DNA from: an uncultured Bacteroidales bacterium
GTDB lineage: Bacteria; Bacteroidota; Bacteroidia; Bacteroidales; Muribaculaceae
Assembly (NCBI GenBank): GCA_902800715.1
Contig: CADCFN010000006.1
Location: forward strand, 67,303-131,302
Length of the DNA: 64,000 nucleotides
Direction of reading: 5' to 3'
Below the pieces are notes generated by a model that was given only the letters and a program-made list of their open reading frames with translations, was not told where the DNA came from and did not search any database. The position numbers were made by a program, and so were the translations under genes. Each line of letters starts with the position of its first letter. Within the stretch, counting starts at the first letter, position 1. Shown here piece after piece: positions 28,597 through 38,783 of the stretch.

Positions 28597-30267
28597 TCAT
28601 TCCCCCTCTCCCCTTAGTCTGAAGGTCACGGGCAAAGTGTACCATACACTTACGGCTTGACCATTATGGCGACCTGGAATGAACTTGGGTAATGTCTTAA
28701 CAATGCGAACAGCCTCCTCGTCTAGGTCCTTGTCCAGCGAGCGGAAAACCTTTACTTCACCTACCTTGCCAGTCTTGTCAACAACGAACTGCACAACGAC
28801 GCGACCCTGGGCGCAGCCAGCCATGGGCGGCCACTGAATGTGACTGTCGATGTACTCCTTCAGCGCGGCCTCACCACCAGGGAATTGAGGCATTTGCTCT
28901 ACTACCTTGAAGATTTCATCTTCACTTCGCTTAGGCCTTTCAACTACATTTTTACTTCGCTTAGGCCTTTCAACTGTTAAATCATGTCTACCAAGTACTG
29001 GTTTACGCTCCTCAAGAGGTTCTTTTATGGTCACTGGTTCACCAGTATCGTCGAAACAATAGGTGCCCATGAAGTAGATGGTTCCAGTACTATTTTCCAT
29101 GATGTAATACACAAATGGACGTGTGGCGAAGAAGTACTCATAATAATGCATTCCTATACTTATGTCCATCTCGGCAACCGTTACGGCGGCGGCCTTTGTG
29201 CCCTCTTCGTTGACCTCGATTTTGGCCTTCTGCTTCATCATCGACACATACAGAGCGTCCTTGGGCTTTTGTATCATATTGGGGAACTCGGCAGTATCTC
29301 TTTTGAATGCCCGTGGCATGCCCATCGACGAGAGTATATCCTTAAGACGTGTCTCGCTTTCGGTAGTGAAGCGGGGCATTAGGACATCGACTTCCTCTGT
29401 CCTCATCTGTGACTTCCACTGCTTCAGTTTCTGTGCCGAGAGGTCCCGGATGATATCGTCGGTCGTCTTACCCTCGTTGGGGAGCAGCACAACCATGCTG
29501 TAGGCTTTGTTGCCGTAGGGCAGGCACAGCATTTTGCACAGGTCGTTCTTGCCGTAGACGGCCATACCATGGCGGTGCATCATCTTGCGCTTGACGGTTT
29601 TGCCGTCAAGCGTTATAAAGTCCAGGTCACGAGTGTTCCAGGGGTCAAATTGATCAGTCCAAGTGGCTTTGAAATAGATGGCGTTCAACAGATACATAAC
29701 GGCTCGGGGTTTGAGTTCATCCTTCTTTAAGAGTTTTGGTATCATGCCGTCTGTGTGGGCCTTACTCCAACTGTTGATTTTGTTCACAATGTTGCTTGAA
29801 TTGAAGTTAATCGTTTCAACATTGGCGTCATAATAGTTTTGCATGTCAGCTTTGAACAGCGGGTTGATTCTCATTCCCAATTTGAAGTAGATGCAGTTGG
29901 CGCTTTTTAATGTTACACTTGGGTCGACAGATTGGGCTTCATGCATCATCTTTTTGAAATACTCGTTGATCTCCTGCACCGAGCCGCCTAGCCCAAGAAC
30001 ATCGGTTATCTGCTGGCGTGTCTCACCGTCAGCACCTTCGTTGAGCATGCCCAGCAGATAACTCACGCTGATGGGCGACACGATGGTGCTACCCTTTTTC
30101 TGCTCGTTGATGGTGCGGAACAGCTTGCAGGCAAAATCATTGTTGTTATCAGCCATTTTGCCTTGAAGTGAAGTCGGTGCACTGACCTGGCCGAACATTA
30201 GTAGACCACTCATCAGCACCATGGCAACTATTGCTCCAGATTTCCAGTTTCGTTTCATATCAGTCAT
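28597..30267 (-). CDS. Serpin fused to a TonB C-terminal domain
   Basis: SPISV, LLNAIYFKATW, EVNEEGTKAAAVT, RPFVY, FMG; then VEQMPQFPGG...WYTLPVTF. Confidence 0.9.
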   Translation of the reverse strand: MTDMKRNWKSGAIVAMVLMSGLLMFGQVSAPTSLQGKMADNNNDFACKLFRTINEQKKGSTIVSPISVSYLLGMLNEGADGETRQQITDVLGLGGSVQEINEYFKKMMHEAQSVDPSVTLKSANCIYFKLGMRINPLFKADMQNYYDANVETINFNSSNIVNKINSWSKAHTDGMIPKLLKKDELKPRAVMYLLNAIYFKATWTDQFDPWNTRDLDFITLDGKTVKRKMMHRHGMAVYGKNDLCKMLCLPYGNKAYSMVVLLPNEGKTTDDIIRDLSAQKLKQWKSQMRTEEVDVLMPRFTTESETRLKDILSSMGMPRAFKRDTAEFPNMIQKPKDALYVSMMKQKAKIEVNEEGTKAAAVTVAEMDISIGMHYYEYFFATRPFVYYIMENSTGTIYFMGTYCFDDTGEPVTIKEPLEERKPVLGRHDLTVERPKRSKNVVERPKRSEDEIFKVVEQMPQFPGGEAALKEYIDSHIQWPPMAGCAQGRVVVQFVVDKTGKVGEVKVFRSLDKDLDEEAVRIVKTLPKFIPGRHNGQAVSVWYTLPVTFRLRGEGE

Positions 30268-30503
30268 TCTTTTCAGGTTGATAAAAACGGTTTAACTCTC
30301 GGTTGCAAAGTTACAACCGATTATTTGAAAAACAACCAAAAACGGCTAACATTCGTTGGTCATTTTCAAGAAATACAAACAACTGATTTACAATTACTTA
30401 TGAAATAAAAAAGTCATTTTGGGGTAATTTGCCGATTGGGGTACAAAAAAACGCCACCAAAATGCACATTTTTGGGCGAGGAAACGCAAATATCAACGAT
30501 GAT

Positions 30504-31373
30504 TTACTCGGTCTGGTGGATTAATGGGAATAGGATTTTTCGGAATTCGGCGCCAGCTGCAGTGAAGGTGGAAATGTCATAGTAGTTTCCACGGAAATAC
30601 AATGAGGACTGGTCGTAATAGAACACGTTCTTTTTGCCATCTTTGAAATACAAGATAATCTTGCCTCGCGTGTCAAGATGGCCTTGAGTGAGTTTCGCCA
30701 AGCCACCCATAGCATTGACCATGTTCCTGATTTGCCATTTTCTCTTCATCAAGAGCGTCGTCCTGAATTGACGCAACTGCCCCGCATCGTAATCCGATGG
30801 AGTTATTGCTATCGGGGTATCGATATTCAGGTCACAGTAATCTATCGATATCGAATCAACGTCATGGATGTAGGACAGCAGATAGGAAATATCATTGTTG
30901 AGCTTGAAATTCACGGGAAGCGTGTACCACACGTTAACCGGTTTGCCCAAGCGGCTTCCTGGGACAAATCGGGGAAGCGACTGGACGACGCGAACTGCCT
31001 CGCGGTCGAGTTCGGCATCCACCGAACGTACAACCTTTACTTCCCCCACTTGGCCTGTAGTATCCACGACGAACTGTACAATGACCTTACCTTGAATATT
31101 CTTTTCTTCGGCTACGGATGGATAGGATATATTATCCCTGACATAGGTCATCAAGGCAGCCTCTCCACCAGGGAATACAGGCATCTTATCGACAGACATG
31201 AACACCTCATCATATTGACTCGATGAGCCACGCATGCCGTCAACGCCTCCATTTCCAGAGGCCGAAACCGCAAGACTTGCCATCATCAAACCCATAACAA
31301 GGGCTATTCCCGCAAGGATGCTCTTGCGGCGAGCACCAAGCCACCTATCCCTCATGAATTCTCCGTGTTTCAT
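30504..31373 (-). CDS. TonB C-terminal domain protein with unknown C-terminal domain
   Basis: N-terminal hydrophobic segment; VDKMPVFPGG...IQGKVIVQFVVD...WYTLPVNF plus about 130 extra aa. Confidence 0.8.
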   Translation of the reverse strand: MKHGEFMRDRWLGARRKSILAGIALVMGLMMASLAVSASGNGGVDGMRGSSSQYDEVFMSVDKMPVFPGGEAALMTYVRDNISYPSVAEEKNIQGKVIVQFVVDTTGQVGEVKVVRSVDAELDREAVRVVQSLPRFVPGSRLGKPVNVWYTLPVNFKLNNDISYLLSYIHDVDSISIDYCDLNIDTPIAITPSDYDAGQLRQFRTTLLMKRKWQIRNMVNAMGGLAKLTQGHLDTRGKIILYFKDGKKNVFYYDQSSLYFRGNYYDISTFTAAGAEFRKILFPLIHQTE

Positions 31374-31616
31374 AACTGTCGTTGTTTTAGTTCGTCTCTC
31401 GATTGCAAAGATACAATTGTTTTTTGAAAATGGCAAAAAAACGCCTCTCTTTCTACAGTCATTTCGAAAAATGGTCACACTTGATTTTCAATGGGTTAAA
31501 TGACAAAAATGCAATCTGCGGGAAAATTGTCATCCCTGACCGTTGAAGATGACTGAAAAAAGCCTTATTTTTGCAGTGAGAATCCCTCCCTCGAACACCA
31601 GATAACATAGACAACG

Positions 31617-33335
31617 ATGACTAGTCATTATAAAATACTCTCCATTTTCCTATCATTGATAGTGTCACTGTTAATGATGAGCGGTTGCGGCCACAATGCT
31701 GATAACAGCCATCTCGCCCTCGTGGACTCGCTGCTGGCACAGGATAAAAGCGAGGAAGCCTTGCAGGTGCTCCAAGCCATCAACACCTCGACTTACAATA
31801 ACAGCGACAAGGCTTATCATGCCCTGTTGACAACCCAAGCCCAACAGGAGTGCCATATCACTGCGACCAGCGACAGCGCCATCAACATGGCAGTGAAATA
31901 CTATCAAGCGCACAATGACAAGGAGCGATTCGCCCGCGCGCTGCTCTACCAGGGCTGCGTCAACAAGGACTTGGGCCAACTGGACAAAGCCATCACCAGC
32001 CTGCGCCAAGCCGAAGACGTTGCCGCCAGCGATGACCTGAAGAACCGTGCGATGGCCAAGATGATGATAGGTGAACTGTACCAGAGCCAGGTTATCGGTG
32101 CCAAAACACTGGGCGCCAGCAAGTACCGTGAAGCACTCGACTTGTTCAAGGCACTGGACGACAAGCGCCACCAGATTATCTGCCTGAGTGAACTGGGTGG
32201 CCTGTACCGCATCAACAAAGAGAAGCAGGACAGTGCCATATACTATATCGATGCTGCCATCGACATGGCCAAGCATGAGTTCGAGCCGCTATTTGTGGTC
32301 GCCAACCTCTTCTCACGCGCCGAGTATCGTGCGTCTCTTGGGGACTACCAAGGTGCCAAGGATGATGCCGTCGAGGCCATCGATTGGTGCGGCAAGAAGA
32401 AAACCCACCCAAGAATCCATTATACCGCCGCCTCGGCTTACCTGCACCTGGGACGCGCCGATTCAGCACGCTATTACCTGCAACACGCGCCAGCGATGAC
32501 AACCGTTGCCGACAGCATCATGCACTACCAACTGCTTGCCGACCTGGCACGTCATGACAATAAGATGGATGACGCCATCAACTACCTGAACATGACCCAC
32601 CACCTCGCCGACTCGGTGGTAGTGAGCGGGATGAATAACAAACTGATTGAAGCCGAGAAGAAATACGACTCGCAACAAGCCGCACTCGAAAATGCGCTGC
32701 TGAGTTCGAAACTCATAGGCACCCTGCTGGGCCTGGCACTGCTGGCACTTGTCGCTGGAGCATTGGCGTTCCTCGTGTGGCGCTACCGCAACCGCCTGAA
32801 AATCCAGCAGACCGAATATGAGTTGCAAAAGGCCGACCTTGACCAGTCCATCACAAGTCTGAAACAGATGCAGGCGATGCTTAACGAAAGGGAGACCTCG
32901 CAAAAGCCGTCAGGCGAACTCAAAGCCATTGTTGACAGCCAGATACAGGTCGTTCACCAGTTGCTGCAGTGGTCCTACGAATGCAACGAGACGACCTTTG
33001 CCAAGCGATTCAACAAACTGATGACGATGCGCGGTCCCGACGAAGTGGGCGCCTCCTACTGGGACAACCTGCACTCGTTGGCCAACGAGCTGTATGACAA
33101 CGTGTTGGTGAAGGCCCAAGAGGCTGCCGGCGGCACCCTGCGCGACGACGAAATCAACCTGATTGCCCTGCAATGCCACGGTTTCTCGAGGACGGTCATC
33201 ATGATCTGCATGCGCTACAGGAACCTGAGAACGGTCTCCAACAAGAAAATCCAGATAGCCCACAAACTGCACGTCGCCACGCTCGACGAGTTCCTGCGGC
33301 CGTATTTGGGAGTCAAGAGTGATGATAAAAAATGA
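31617..33335 (+). CDS. Membrane-anchored TPR sensor/regulator with C-terminal LuxR-like HTH
   Basis: Lipoprotein-like signal SGC; TPR helices; EKKYD then TM helix; C-terminal LIALQCHGFS...I...KKIQIAHKL. Confidence 0.7.
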   Translation: MTSHYKILSIFLSLIVSLLMMSGCGHNADNSHLALVDSLLAQDKSEEALQVLQAINTSTYNNSDKAYHALLTTQAQQECHITATSDSAINMAVKYYQAHNDKERFARALLYQGCVNKDLGQLDKAITSLRQAEDVAASDDLKNRAMAKMMIGELYQSQVIGAKTLGASKYREALDLFKALDDKRHQIICLSELGGLYRINKEKQDSAIYYIDAAIDMAKHEFEPLFVVANLFSRAEYRASLGDYQGAKDDAVEAIDWCGKKKTHPRIHYTAASAYLHLGRADSARYYLQHAPAMTTVADSIMHYQLLADLARHDNKMDDAINYLNMTHHLADSVVVSGMNNKLIEAEKKYDSQQAALENALLSSKLIGTLLGLALLALVAGALAFLVWRYRNRLKIQQTEYELQKADLDQSITSLKQMQAMLNERETSQKPSGELKAIVDSQIQVVHQLLQWSYECNETTFAKRFNKLMTMRGPDEVGASYWDNLHSLANELYDNVLVKAQEAAGGTLRDDEINLIALQCHGFSRTVIMICMRYRNLRTVSNKKIQIAHKLHVATLDEFLRPYLGVKSDDKK

Positions 33336-34518
33336 GGCGACCATAGGGTTTGTAAGGGAGCACCGCGAGGAAGACGTGAGGGCTCTGGCGCTGCAGGCAC
33401 GGCGCGACAGCGATGTTGACCTGCCGTGGGCGCTGGATCAGATACAAGGCTGGCAGACGGCACGGCGCAAACTGCCGTCATGGGCAGCCATCGACGGCAT
33501 CGTCTATCCGCCCCACCTGTCGATGGAACAATGCAGCAGCGAACAGACCGCTATATATAAATGTGGAATTGTGAGCCGTCTGCCCGAGAGAAGCCATGAC
33601 TTGCTGATTGACTTGACGGGTGGATTCGGTGTTGATTTCGCTTTCATGTCGAAGTGCTTCGAGCGTGCCATGTATGTCGAACGCCAGGAGCACCTGTGCG
33701 AGACGGCGCGGCACAATTTCTCCTTGCTTGGTTTAGACCATGTGGAAATCGTCCATAGTGATGCCGAAGAGGTCTTAACTCATCTAGACGCCAATCCCTC
33801 CTCTACCCTGCTCTATCTTGACCCCGCGCGTCGTGACAGCAACAGCAGCCGTACCTATGCCATCGCCGACTGCACGCCCAACGTGCTGCAACTGCGTGAC
33901 CGACTGTTCAAAGCTGCCGACTATATCTTGTTGAAGTTATCGCCGATGCTCGACTGGCACAAGGCTGTGAGTGACCTGGGCGAGCAAGTTGCCGAAGTCC
34001 ATATCGTGAGCACGGGCAACGAGTGTAAAGAGTTGCTTATCCTCATGAATGCCGACCATCAGGGCGAGCCCGTCATCCACTGCGTGAACGACAGCCAATC
34101 GCTCATCTACTCGCCGTCAGAGGACACCGCAGTCCCGGTGCTTGCCGATGGAGAAAATGCCGCCTACCTGTATGAGCCCAATGCCTCTATCATGAAGGCA
34201 GGCTGCTTTGGACTATTGACGGAGCGCTTCCCTGTCAAGGCTCTGGCAACGGACAGCCACCTGTTCGTGTCAAGCGAGAGGATTGAGGATTTCCCTGGAC
34301 GCCGATTTGCCGTCACCATAGTCACCTCGATGAACAAGAAGGAACTTGCACGAGCCCTGAAGGGTATCGACCGTGCCAACGTCGCCACACGCAACTTTCC
34401 CATGACAGCACAGCAACTGCGCCAGCGCCTCCGCCTACAAGACGGCGGCGACGGCTACATCTTCGGCACCACCGATGCCACGGGGCACCGGTGCCTCTTC
34501 ATTTGCAAGAAATTGTAA
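33322..34518 (+). CDS. Class I SAM-dependent methyltransferase with THUMP-like C-terminus
   Basis: SMEQCSSE, DLTGGFGVD, YLDPARRD, KLSPMLD, YEPNASIMKAG. Confidence 0.82.
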   Translation: MIKNEATIGFVREHREEDVRALALQARRDSDVDLPWALDQIQGWQTARRKLPSWAAIDGIVYPPHLSMEQCSSEQTAIYKCGIVSRLPERSHDLLIDLTGGFGVDFAFMSKCFERAMYVERQEHLCETARHNFSLLGLDHVEIVHSDAEEVLTHLDANPSSTLLYLDPARRDSNSSRTYAIADCTPNVLQLRDRLFKAADYILLKLSPMLDWHKAVSDLGEQVAEVHIVSTGNECKELLILMNADHQGEPVIHCVNDSQSLIYSPSEDTAVPVLADGENAAYLYEPNASIMKAGCFGLLTERFPVKALATDSHLFVSSERIEDFPGRRFAVTIVTSMNKKELARALKGIDRANVATRNFPMTAQQLRQRLRLQDGGDGYIFGTTDATGHRCLFICKKL

Positions 34519-34650
34519 AGCTGGGCTGCGGCAGGAGCCGCAGCATAGATAAACCCTGCCACAAACGGCCACGAATAGAAGACCTGCCACGAATAGGGAA
34601 CACTACTACAAAACAAAAGCCCTCACCCGCGATTGGATGAAGGCTTTGTT

Positions 34651-34726
34651 TGGTAGAGAAACAGGGACTCGAACCCTGGTTTCCGCCGTGAGAGGGCGGC
34701 GTCCTAGACCGCTAGACGATATCTCC
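34651..34726 (-). tRNA. tRNA-Glu(CTC), CCA encoded
   Basis: GGAGATATCGTCTAGCGGTCTAGGACGCCGCCCTCTCACGGCGGAAACCAGGGTTCGAGTCCCTGTTTCTCTACCA. Confidence 0.92.
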
Positions 34727-34771
34727 GTCGATAATTAAAGCCCTCGCTCAATTGGGTGAAGGCTTTGCTTG

Positions 34772-34844
34772 TAGAGAAACAGGGACTCGAACCCTGGTTT
34801 CCGCCGTGAGAGGGCGGCGTCCTAGACCACTAGACGATATCTCC
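34772..34844 (-). tRNA. tRNA-Glu(CTC), second copy, no encoded CCA
   Basis: Identical to the first copy except one D-loop base; TAATTTTG -7 box just upstream. Confidence 0.92.
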
Positions 34845-35035
34845 GTAGAAAAGCGTTGCAAAATTACTGCCATTTTTGATACTGGCAAATTTTTTGAGCA
34901 CTTTTTTTCTAAAAAAAACAAAAAAGCACCATTTTTGGCGGTTTTCGGCATTTTTTAGGATAAAAAAACGCACGGATAAGATAATTTTTGTACTTTAGCG
35001 CATTATTACTATCATTTGTATTAATCTTTATCATT

Positions 35036-35368
35036 ATGGCAAGCAAACGACAAACTAAGAAAGCAATCCAGAATGCCTGTGGCGACATCGCAGGCGAGTG
35101 CATCTTTGCAGAATCCGCATTCGGCGGCGACAAGCGCGAGGAATGGGACAGCATCATCATCGACACTGCCCTTCTGCAACAAGAAGCCATCAACCGCGTG
35201 GGCAACAAGTTCGGCAAGAAAGTAAAGGAATTTGCCAACCGCAAGGAGTACAACAAGGCACGCCGTGCGTTCTTCAAGCAGTGCGAGAAGGAACTGAGCG
35301 AGTACTTCCGCAGCGAGGTGGAGAACATCGCCAAGCGCATGAACCAGCTCATGCCGTCCAAGAAATAA
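35036..35368 (+). CDS. Small hypothetical protein
   Basis: MASKRQTKKAI...; host-like codon usage; followed by a terminator. Confidence 0.7.
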   Translation: MASKRQTKKAIQNACGDIAGECIFAESAFGGDKREEWDSIIIDTALLQQEAINRVGNKFGKKVKEFANRKEYNKARRAFFKQCEKELSEYFRSEVENIAKRMNQLMPSKK

Positions 35369-35377
35369 GAACAAGGC

Positions 35378-35416
35378 ACTCTAGTCCCTGCCAAGAGGGA
35401 CTAGAGTTATTTTTTT
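35378..35416 (+). terminator. Rho-independent terminator
   Basis: ACTCTAGTCCCT-gccaag-AGGGACTAGAGT then TATTTTTT. Confidence 0.75.
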
Positions 35417-35420
35417 CGAT

Positions 35421-35969
35421 ATGAACCTCTCTGGTTGGATACTGAAGAAAGCCGGGTGGACCTTCAAGGTCAATCTGACGATGCCAGACAAGTGCATCAT
35501 CGTCATCGCCCCACACACCAGCAACTGGGATTTCATCCTCGGTGAGCTGGGCATCCACTCTGTGGGCATGAAGGCAGGATTCCTGATGAAGGACACATGG
35601 TTTTTCTTCCCGTTGGGCTACTTGCTCAAGGGGCTGGGCGGCATACCCGTTAACCGCCGCCAGCGCGGCAACCTCACGCAGTCGATTGTCGAGGCATTCA
35701 ACACCACGCCCAATCTCGCCATCGGTGTCACACCCGAGGGCACCCGCAGCCCCAATCCCAATTGGCACAAGGGCGCTATTTTCATGGCCCGCGATGCCCA
35801 GGTACCGCTGGTTCTCGCCTACTTTGACTACGATAACAAGGTGGTGTGCATCGATAAGGTGTTTGAACTGAGTGACGATGCCGAAGCCGACCTGGTGCGC
35901 ATCAAGCAATATTTCAAACAGCACGGTAGCGGCAAGTATCCTGAGAAATTTGTCACAGGATTGGAATGA
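35421..35969 (+). CDS. 1-acyl-sn-glycerol-3-phosphate acyltransferase family protein
   Basis: APHTSNWD (HX4D), TPEGTR. Confidence 0.88.
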   Translation: MNLSGWILKKAGWTFKVNLTMPDKCIIVIAPHTSNWDFILGELGIHSVGMKAGFLMKDTWFFFPLGYLLKGLGGIPVNRRQRGNLTQSIVEAFNTTPNLAIGVTPEGTRSPNPNWHKGAIFMARDAQVPLVLAYFDYDNKVVCIDKVFELSDDAEADLVRIKQYFKQHGSGKYPEKFVTGLE

Positions 35970-36038
35970 GTCAGGAATCAGGAGTTAGAAATTTCTTCTA
36001 TCCTATTATTATCTATTAACTATTAACTTAACTGAAAA

Positions 36039-36839
36039 GTGATTTCACGCAACCTGCGCGTCACGCTCATCGAGGACGACATCGTCTGGGGTGACCGCGA
36101 AGCCAACATCAAACAACTGGAGCGCAACTTGCGCAATATGCCCGACGACACCGACCTGGTTATTCTGCCGGAGCTGTTTACCACAGGCTTTATGACCGGT
36201 GACCGCGAGCAGGCAGCCGCCGTTGCCGAGTGGAACAGCGGCGACACACTGCACCGTTTGCGCAAACTGGCAGCTGAGTACCATATTGGCATCATCGGCA
36301 GTTTCCTCGCCAACACGGCGGCACAACTCTATAACCGTGCCTTCTTCATCGAGCCCAACGGTGACGAGACCTACTACGACAAGCGCCACCTGTTCTCATT
36401 CGGTGGCGAGGACAAGGTGTTCAACCAGGGGTTGACCAAGGCGCCAATCGTGCGTTTCCGTGGCTTCAACATCAAGCTGGTTGTGTGCTATGACCTGAGG
36501 TTCCCCGTCTTCTGCCGCAACGAGAAGAACAACTACGACCTGCTGGTGGTCATCGCCAACTGGCCCAAGTCGCGTGAGAAGGTGTGGCGCACCCTGCTGG
36601 CCGCCCGTGCGATGGAGAACGAGTGCTATGTGTGCGGCGTAAATCGCTGCGGTACCGACCCGGCAGGCGTGGAATACCCCGAGGGCTCGTCGCTGGTCAT
36701 CGACTTCAAGGGCAAAGTCATCGCCCAGCGCATGACCAGTCCCGTCATCACCGCCGACCTCTCCCCTGCCCAACTGGCTCAGTTCCGCGAGAAATTCCCC
36801 GCCTGGCGCGACGCCGACTCGTTCACCCTTAACATCTAG
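36039..36839 (+). CDS. Nitrilase-family amidohydrolase (YafV/Nit-like)
   Basis: LPELF, YDKRHLF, VCYDLRFP, ARAMEN. Confidence 0.88.
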   Translation: MISRNLRVTLIEDDIVWGDREANIKQLERNLRNMPDDTDLVILPELFTTGFMTGDREQAAAVAEWNSGDTLHRLRKLAAEYHIGIIGSFLANTAAQLYNRAFFIEPNGDETYYDKRHLFSFGGEDKVFNQGLTKAPIVRFRGFNIKLVVCYDLRFPVFCRNEKNNYDLLVVIANWPKSREKVWRTLLAARAMENECYVCGVNRCGTDPAGVEYPEGSSLVIDFKGKVIAQRMTSPVITADLSPAQLAQFREKFPAWRDADSFTLNI

Positions 36840-36885
36840 AGCCGATGCCCAACACTGCGGTCAAACCGCAGTCCACACAACCACT

Positions 36886-38724
36886 ATGGCCAAACCCGCC
36901 TACATAGAACTGCTGGCGCCCGCCCGTGACGCCGACATCGCCATTGCCGCCATCGACCATGGCGCCGATGCGGTGTATATGGGTGCATCCCATCATGGCG
37001 CCCGCGCCGATGCCACCAACACGCTCGACGACGTGCGCCACGCCTGTGACTACGCCCACCAGTTTGGTGCCCGCATCTATGCTACGGTCAACACGCTCGT
37101 CTATGACGACGAGTTGAAGGAAGTGGAACACTTGGTCCATGACCTGTACCACATTGGGGTTGACGCGCTCATCGTGCAGGACATGGCACTCCTGCGGCTC
37201 GACCTGCCGCCCATCGCCTTACACGCCAGCACGCAATGTGACCTGCGCTCACCCGAAAAGGCGCGTTTCCTCGAGGCTTTGGGATTCTCTCAACTGGTCA
37301 TGGCCAGGGAGTTGACACTCGACGAAATCGCTGCCATCCGCCGCGTGACCACGGTGCCGCTCGAGGCGTTTGTCCATGGTGCCCTCTGCGTGAGCTACAG
37401 TGGCCGCTGTGCTATCAGCCAGGTGCTGAAAGGCCGCAGCGCCAACCGTGGCGAGTGCGCCCAACTGTGCCGACTGCCTTATGACCTGGTGGACGGCAAG
37501 GGCCATGTCATCGTCGAAGGCAAGCACCTGCTGTCGCTGCGCGACATGGCACGACATGACCAGCTGGAGCAGATGATGACAGCTGGCGTCTCATCGTTCA
37601 AAATCGAGGGGCGCTTGAAAGACGTGGGCTATGTCAAGAACGTGGTTGCCTACTATCGCCGCGCCATCGACCAGATTATCAACCGCTATCCAGACCGCTA
37701 CCGCCGTGCATCGTTCGGCAAAGAGGAATTCACCTTCGAGCCCGCATTGGAGAAGAGTTTTAACCGTGGATTCACACATTACTTCCTGGACGACAGGCGG
37801 CCACATGACGGCACATCGATGGCATCGATTGACACGCCCAAATCACAGGGCGAGCCTTTGGGCAAAGTCACCCGCTGCAGCGGCAACACGCTCACTATCA
37901 ACACCCGAGCTGCCCTTGCCAACGGTGACGGCCTGAGTTACTATGACGCCCAAGGCGTTTTCACGGGCGCACGCGTCAACCGTGCTGTGGGAAGCGGCAC
38001 CGTGCTATTGCGCGAACGCGCAGCCATTCCTCGCGGCACATTCATCTACCGCACCGCCGACAAAGCATTCAACGACCTGTTGGCCAAGTCGTCGGCAAGC
38101 CGCACTATCGCGGTGAACGCCGAGTTGCGTTACACGGGCGGCATGCTCTCGCTCACCCTTGATGACGAGCGCGGCAACCGTGTGACCCACACCCTGGAGT
38201 GTGACCTGCAAGCCGCCACCAAACCGCAAAACGACCGCCAAATCGCCGAATTAGGGAAACTGGGAGGGACCATCTATCGCCTTGATGAGGTACAGGTGCC
38301 AGGCGACATTTTCATCCCCGCCTCACTGCTGGCGCGCTTGCGCCGCGAGACCGTTGACCTGCTCGACCGCAACCACCGCATCACGCGCCATGTGGACAAG
38401 CGCCGTCCCGAGGACAGGTCATTCCCCTGCCCCACAAACCATTTAGAGCCAGCCGACAACGTCGCCAACAGTCTGGCAGAAAGGATCTACCGCGACCATG
38501 GCGTCATTGACATCGCACCCGCCCTCGAAACCGGAGCACCCGTCACAGCCACTACACCGTTGATGCACACCCGCTACTGCATCCGCCGCCAACTCGGCGC
38601 CTGCCTCAAGGGCAAAAACGCAACCCGCCTTCCCCGCGACCTTTACCTGAAGACGGGAACGACATTGCTGCGCATCACCTGCGACTGCAAGAACTGCGAA
38701 ATGCTGCTCACCCATGCCAAGTAG
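36886..38724 (+). CDS. U32 family protein (RlhA-like RNA hydroxylase type)
   Basis: ELLAPA, GADAVYMG, HASTQ, HGALCVSYSGRC, SANRGECAQLCR, KIEGR; long C-terminal extension. Confidence 0.85.
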   Translation: MAKPAYIELLAPARDADIAIAAIDHGADAVYMGASHHGARADATNTLDDVRHACDYAHQFGARIYATVNTLVYDDELKEVEHLVHDLYHIGVDALIVQDMALLRLDLPPIALHASTQCDLRSPEKARFLEALGFSQLVMARELTLDEIAAIRRVTTVPLEAFVHGALCVSYSGRCAISQVLKGRSANRGECAQLCRLPYDLVDGKGHVIVEGKHLLSLRDMARHDQLEQMMTAGVSSFKIEGRLKDVGYVKNVVAYYRRAIDQIINRYPDRYRRASFGKEEFTFEPALEKSFNRGFTHYFLDDRRPHDGTSMASIDTPKSQGEPLGKVTRCSGNTLTINTRAALANGDGLSYYDAQGVFTGARVNRAVGSGTVLLRERAAIPRGTFIYRTADKAFNDLLAKSSASRTIAVNAELRYTGGMLSLTLDDERGNRVTHTLECDLQAATKPQNDRQIAELGKLGGTIYRLDEVQVPGDIFIPASLLARLRRETVDLLDRNHRITRHVDKRRPEDRSFPCPTNHLEPADNVANSLAERIYRDHGVIDIAPALETGAPVTATTPLMHTRYCIRRQLGACLKGKNATRLPRDLYLKTGTTLLRITCDCKNCEMLLTHAK

Positions 38725-38783
38725 AGCATAATTGCTCAAAAATTTGGCATTTCACTCGCTTTGCACTACTTTTGTAACTTGAT

